A stretch of 62,427 bases of DNA, filler included. It is 8 parts of 8 records of this genome, joined end to end, with 100 filler letters (N's around TTAATTAATTAA, not from the genome) between each part and the next. Parts side by side here need not be neighbours in the genome. Positions count along the whole stretch, not along the records: positions 56,195 to 62,427 come from SRR31156797_46438; 7 more parts are not named here. One strand, 5' to 3'. Below, piece by piece: positions 60,158 to 62,427 of this stretch. Position 1 is the first letter of the stretch. Each line of letters begins with the position of its first letter. The position numbers were made by a program, and so were the translations under genes. The notes under the pieces are model-generated. The model saw only the letters and a program-made list of their open reading frames with translations. It did no database searches and was not told where the DNA came from.

Positions 60158-60679
60158 TCATTTCACCTTGCAGGCCTTCGAGATCGCCGCGTAGGCCGCG
60201 GTGAAACCTTTCAGGGAATAGGTATCGGTGGTCAGCGTGCCGCGCGACGAGGTGCCCTTGACGATCAGCGTGCTTCCCGCCTTCATGGCGGCGACCAGGG
60301 CGCGGTCGGTCTCGATGTCCCGCGCCCAGGAAAATTCGTTGTCGGTGAACAGCTTGAAGGGCTGGTTGCTGTCGATGCGTACTTCCGTGTCGCTTCCCTG
60401 CTGATATGTATAACCGGCGCGAACGCTGACCTCGCCGAGGGTTTTTTCGGCCGGCCGGTGGGTGACCATGATGTAGGTGTCGCCGCGTTGGGTGTACTTG
60501 CCTTCCGATTTTTCCGGCAGGCTGGCCATGTAACAAAGCGGCTTGCCGTTCTCGGTATCGGCGAAGGCGTTCCAGTCGCCGAATTTGTCGATAAAACCCT
60601 TGTTCTGGGCGACGGTCGAACCGGCCCCGGCAAGGAGCAGGGCGGCGGCAATCAGGGGAAAGCGGATAGAACGTTTCAT
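60158..60679 (-). CDS. Invasion-associated locus B (IalB) family periplasmic protein
   Basis: ATG 60679, signal peptide, FGDW...CY, AMKAGSTL.VKGTSSRGT.TTDTYSLKGFTAA, terminal Cys. Confidence 0.85.
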   Translation of the reverse strand: MKRSIRFPLIAAALLLAGAGSTVAQNKGFIDKFGDWNAFADTENGKPLCYMASLPEKSEGKYTQRGDTYIMVTHRPAEKTLGEVSVRAGYTYQQGSDTEVRIDSNQPFKLFTDNEFSWARDIETDRALVAAMKAGSTLIVKGTSSRGTLTTDTYSLKGFTAAYAAISKACKVK

Positions 60680-61000
60680 GGACTCATAGATACTGATGCA
60701 AAAGCCGCTTGCCAAGTCCCGAAAAGAGCAAACCGACGCGAACTTTTTTGAACTTTTCGAAACGCCGGCCGGCACTTATTCGACGGCTTTTCCGACCCGG
60801 TTGACCTTCTTGCAAGGGTTGTATATTAACCGTCGCAGGTTCCAGGCACCTGCCGCTCGCAGCTTTTCATGTCTCGGTGAAGTCTTGGCTTAGACACCCT
60901 GTCCTCTCCACGCATTTCGCGCGGTTGGCAATGCGAGCGCCCATCCCCTTCCGGGCTTTGCCCGGATCTACTGCGGAATGCCCGACCTGAGGAGACCGGG

Positions 61001-62386
61001 ATGTCGACCGGCAACACGCCTTCGAACGCCTTTACACACGATCCGCTGGGTACCGTTTTCGCCAGGACGGCGCCGCCGATCATCTTCGTGATGGCCATGA
61101 ACGGTCTGCTGACCGTCGTCGATGCCGTTTTCCTGGGCCTGTTCGTCGGGCCGCAGGCGGTCGGCGCCGTTACCCTGATGTTCCCGCTTTATATGTTCGT
61201 CGCGGCGTTGGCGACGCTGGTGGCGAGCGGCATGTCGAGCCTGATCGCGCGGCATCTGGGGGCCGGGCGTTTCGATGATGCGCGGGCCGTTTTTGCCGGC
61301 GCCCACGGGCTGGCGCTGACCTTCGCGATCGCCTTCATTTTGTTGTTCCTGGCAATCGGGCAGCAACTGGTTCTGTTGGTTGCCAACGGTTCGGCGCCAC
61401 TTGCCACGATGGGTTATACCTATCTGGCCATTACCGTGCTGTTTTCGCCCCTGCTTTTTGTGTTGTCGGTCAATTCCGACGCCCTGCGCAACGAGGGCCG
61501 GGTTGGGTTCATGGCGGCGATGAGCCTGCTGGTATCGATCGCCAATATCGCCTTCAACTATGTGCTGATCGCCGTGATGGGGTGGGGCGTTGCCGGCTCC
61601 GCCTACGGTACCGTGATGGCGCAGGCCCTGGCCCTGGCCATCATCCTCGCTTTTCGTCTGCGCGGCGGTACCGAACTCAGGCCAAGCGCCCTTTTGCGGC
61701 ACAATCCGGTCACGGGCTGGCCGCGCATCCTGGCGCTCGGCGCGCCGCAGAGCCTGAACTTCATCGGCATCGCGCTCGGATCGGCCGCCATCATCGCGGC
61801 CGTTCAGATGACGGCCGGCGAAAGCTACGAGACGACGGTCACGGCCTACGGCATCGTCACCCGCATCATGACCTTCGTTTACCTGCCGCTGATGGGGCTT
61901 TCGCGGGCCTTGCAGTCGATCGTCGGCAACAACTACGGAGCCGAGCTGTGGCGCCGGTCCAACGACAGCCTGCGGCTGGGAATGGTCATCGCGCTGGTCT
62001 ATTGCCTGGTTGCCGAGGTCGTACTGATCGGCTTCGCACGATCGATCGGTTTGATCTTCGTCGAAAACGGCGAAGTGGCCGGCGAGGTGGCGCGGATCAT
62101 GCCGGTCCTGGTGGCCATGTACTTCGCCGTCGGGCCGATGATGATGATCGCGACCTATTTCCAGGCGATCGGCGATGCGACGCGGGCCGCCGTGCTCAGC
62201 CTGGCCAAGCCCTATGCCTTCGCCATTCCGCTGACCTTCCTGCTGTCCTTCCTTATCGGCGAACCGGGCATCTGGCTGGCCAATCCCGTGGCCGAAGTCC
62301 TGCTGCTCGGGCTGACGGCGGCGGTACTGATGGGAATGGCGCGGTTCGGCGCGCTGCGCTGGGGGCTGTTCAAGGCGGACGCTTAG
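61001..62386 (+). CDS. MATE-family efflux transporter
   Basis: About 12 TM segments with two-fold repeat, TM1 Asp (TVVDAVF), LRNEG, GVAGSAYGT, GNNYGA. Confidence 0.92.
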   Translation: MSTGNTPSNAFTHDPLGTVFARTAPPIIFVMAMNGLLTVVDAVFLGLFVGPQAVGAVTLMFPLYMFVAALATLVASGMSSLIARHLGAGRFDDARAVFAGAHGLALTFAIAFILLFLAIGQQLVLLVANGSAPLATMGYTYLAITVLFSPLLFVLSVNSDALRNEGRVGFMAAMSLLVSIANIAFNYVLIAVMGWGVAGSAYGTVMAQALALAIILAFRLRGGTELRPSALLRHNPVTGWPRILALGAPQSLNFIGIALGSAAIIAAVQMTAGESYETTVTAYGIVTRIMTFVYLPLMGLSRALQSIVGNNYGAELWRRSNDSLRLGMVIALVYCLVAEVVLIGFARSIGLIFVENGEVAGEVARIMPVLVAMYFAVGPMMMIATYFQAIGDATRAAVLSLAKPYAFAIPLTFLLSFLIGEPGIWLANPVAEVLLLGLTAAVLMGMARFGALRWGLFKADA

Positions 62387-62427
62387 GCGCCGCCGGTCTA
62401 GAGCGTAATTCGATCATCTGGAATCGA

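Overview
This window is not one locus. It is eight unrelated contigs joined by seven identical artificial 100-nt spacers (44 N + TTAATTAATTAA + 44 N), so gene neighbourhoods mean nothing across a spacer. Taxonomic labels below are inferred from base composition, promoters and gene content. (1) 1-8754, AT-rich and Clostridia-like: glnA (partial), amtB with an ANTAR-type attenuator, an acyltransferase, UDP-L-FucNAc genes (wbjBCD/cap5EFG type), a GT4 glycosyltransferase, and a probable rRNA-operon promoter at the break. (2) 8855-24577, Desulfobacterota-like housekeeping region: frr-uppS-cdsA-dxr-rseP-tsaB, psd-rsmD-coaD, IHF, thrS-infC-rpmI-rplT-pheS-pheT-merR, and a BtuF-like gene. (3) 24678-30344, Bacteroidota: moeA-moaA-moaC-MOSC/MogA fusion and an Omp85-like barrel. 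(4) 30445-36476, Bacteroidota: S41 peptidase, a carboxyltransferase with two biotinyl domains, a BadF-type kinase and a Cof phosphatase. (5) 36577-42312, GC-rich: AmmeMemoRadiSam radical SAM, pdxB, folP and lon. (6) 42413-47863, AT-rich and unplaced: Omp85-like gene, secreted Pro-rich micropeptide, TetR, a Cys-rich lipoprotein with a MepA-like peptidase, and MoxR-DUF58. (7) 47964-56094, Desulfobacterota-like: pilB, ispG-proS-rel, and MITE/REP elements. (8) 56195-62427, Alphaproteobacteria: argG, rlmN, ialB-like and MATE genes, interrupted by a compositionally distinct ~1.8 kb insert. The best candidate for an uncharacterised system is that insert. It holds a DUF488 gene overlapping a conserved uncharacterised partner gene, a convergent 81-aa gene, palindromic operators and a LexA-like box, and is plausibly a nucleic-acid damage or anti-phage module. 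That function is inference. I found no tRNA, rRNA or CRISPR array.
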